A DNA stretch of 56,835 bases from an uncultured Syntrophales bacterium (GTDB taxonomy: Bacteria > Desulfobacterota > Syntrophia > Syntrophales > JADFWA01): contig CAZYTP010000005.1 in assembly GCA_964650385.1 (NCBI GenBank), positions 1-56,835 on the forward strand. Reading direction: 5' to 3'. The notes beneath the pieces were generated by a model, which saw only the letters and a program-made list of their open reading frames with translations, made no database searches and was not told the origin of the DNA. The position numbers and the translations under genes are program-made. Each line of letters starts with the position of its first letter. Within the stretch, counting starts at the first letter, position 1. Of the stretch, positions 56,716-56,835 are shown piece after piece.

Positions 56716-56835
56716 TGTCTCCACAGACCGAGATGTTTGCATAATACACATATTTAGAGCTTTGCACAACCCCCATTACAAAATGAATCAGAAAAATAAA
56801 TTTGCAGATATCTTCAAAAATTATCCTGATATTCA

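Noticed and set aside
1..56835. CRISPR array or cas genes
   Set aside because: No regularly spaced identical repeats with unique spacers; the tandem arrays have 7-10-nt units and no spacers. No cas-like ORFs.
52360..56835. Integrative element at ssrA with an att duplication
   Set aside because: No second copy of the ssrA 3' end and no integrase were found in the window.

Overview
Chromosomal window from a deltaproteobacterium (Desulfobacterota/Syntrophales-like, inferred from gene content and the tmRNA tag ADNYDYALAA). Most of it is housekeeping: mutS 3' end, PTS EI/HPr, plsB, thrS-infC-rpmI-rplT-pheST-ihfA-merR, tRNA-Val(GAC), ffh-rpsP-khpA-rimM-trmD-rplS-rnhB-yraN-rsmI, argS, ribD, hemL and ssrA. 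It also carries type IV pilus genes (GAF-PilB ATPase; pilD-fimT-pilV-pilW-pilX behind a perfect CRP box) and scattered polysaccharide genes. No CRISPR, prophage or transposase gene was seen. The most unusual signal is intergenic: a nested set of small repeats. A frameshifted GIY-YIG gene is bracketed by perfect 26-nt GTCA-tagged palindromes. Gene-less doublets of such palindromes, most with an IHF-like box between them, ride inside a six-copy MITE family with 6-bp target duplications. Several other REP-like and short-tandem-repeat families occupy gaps in housekeeping operons. Also notable: an AbrB/RelE-like pair after ssrA, a JUMPstart/ops-like element with a distant NusG paralogue, an unlisted 55-aa Cys-rich ORF, and a decayed orphan atpE. 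All family calls come from motif recognition by eye; no database searches were run.
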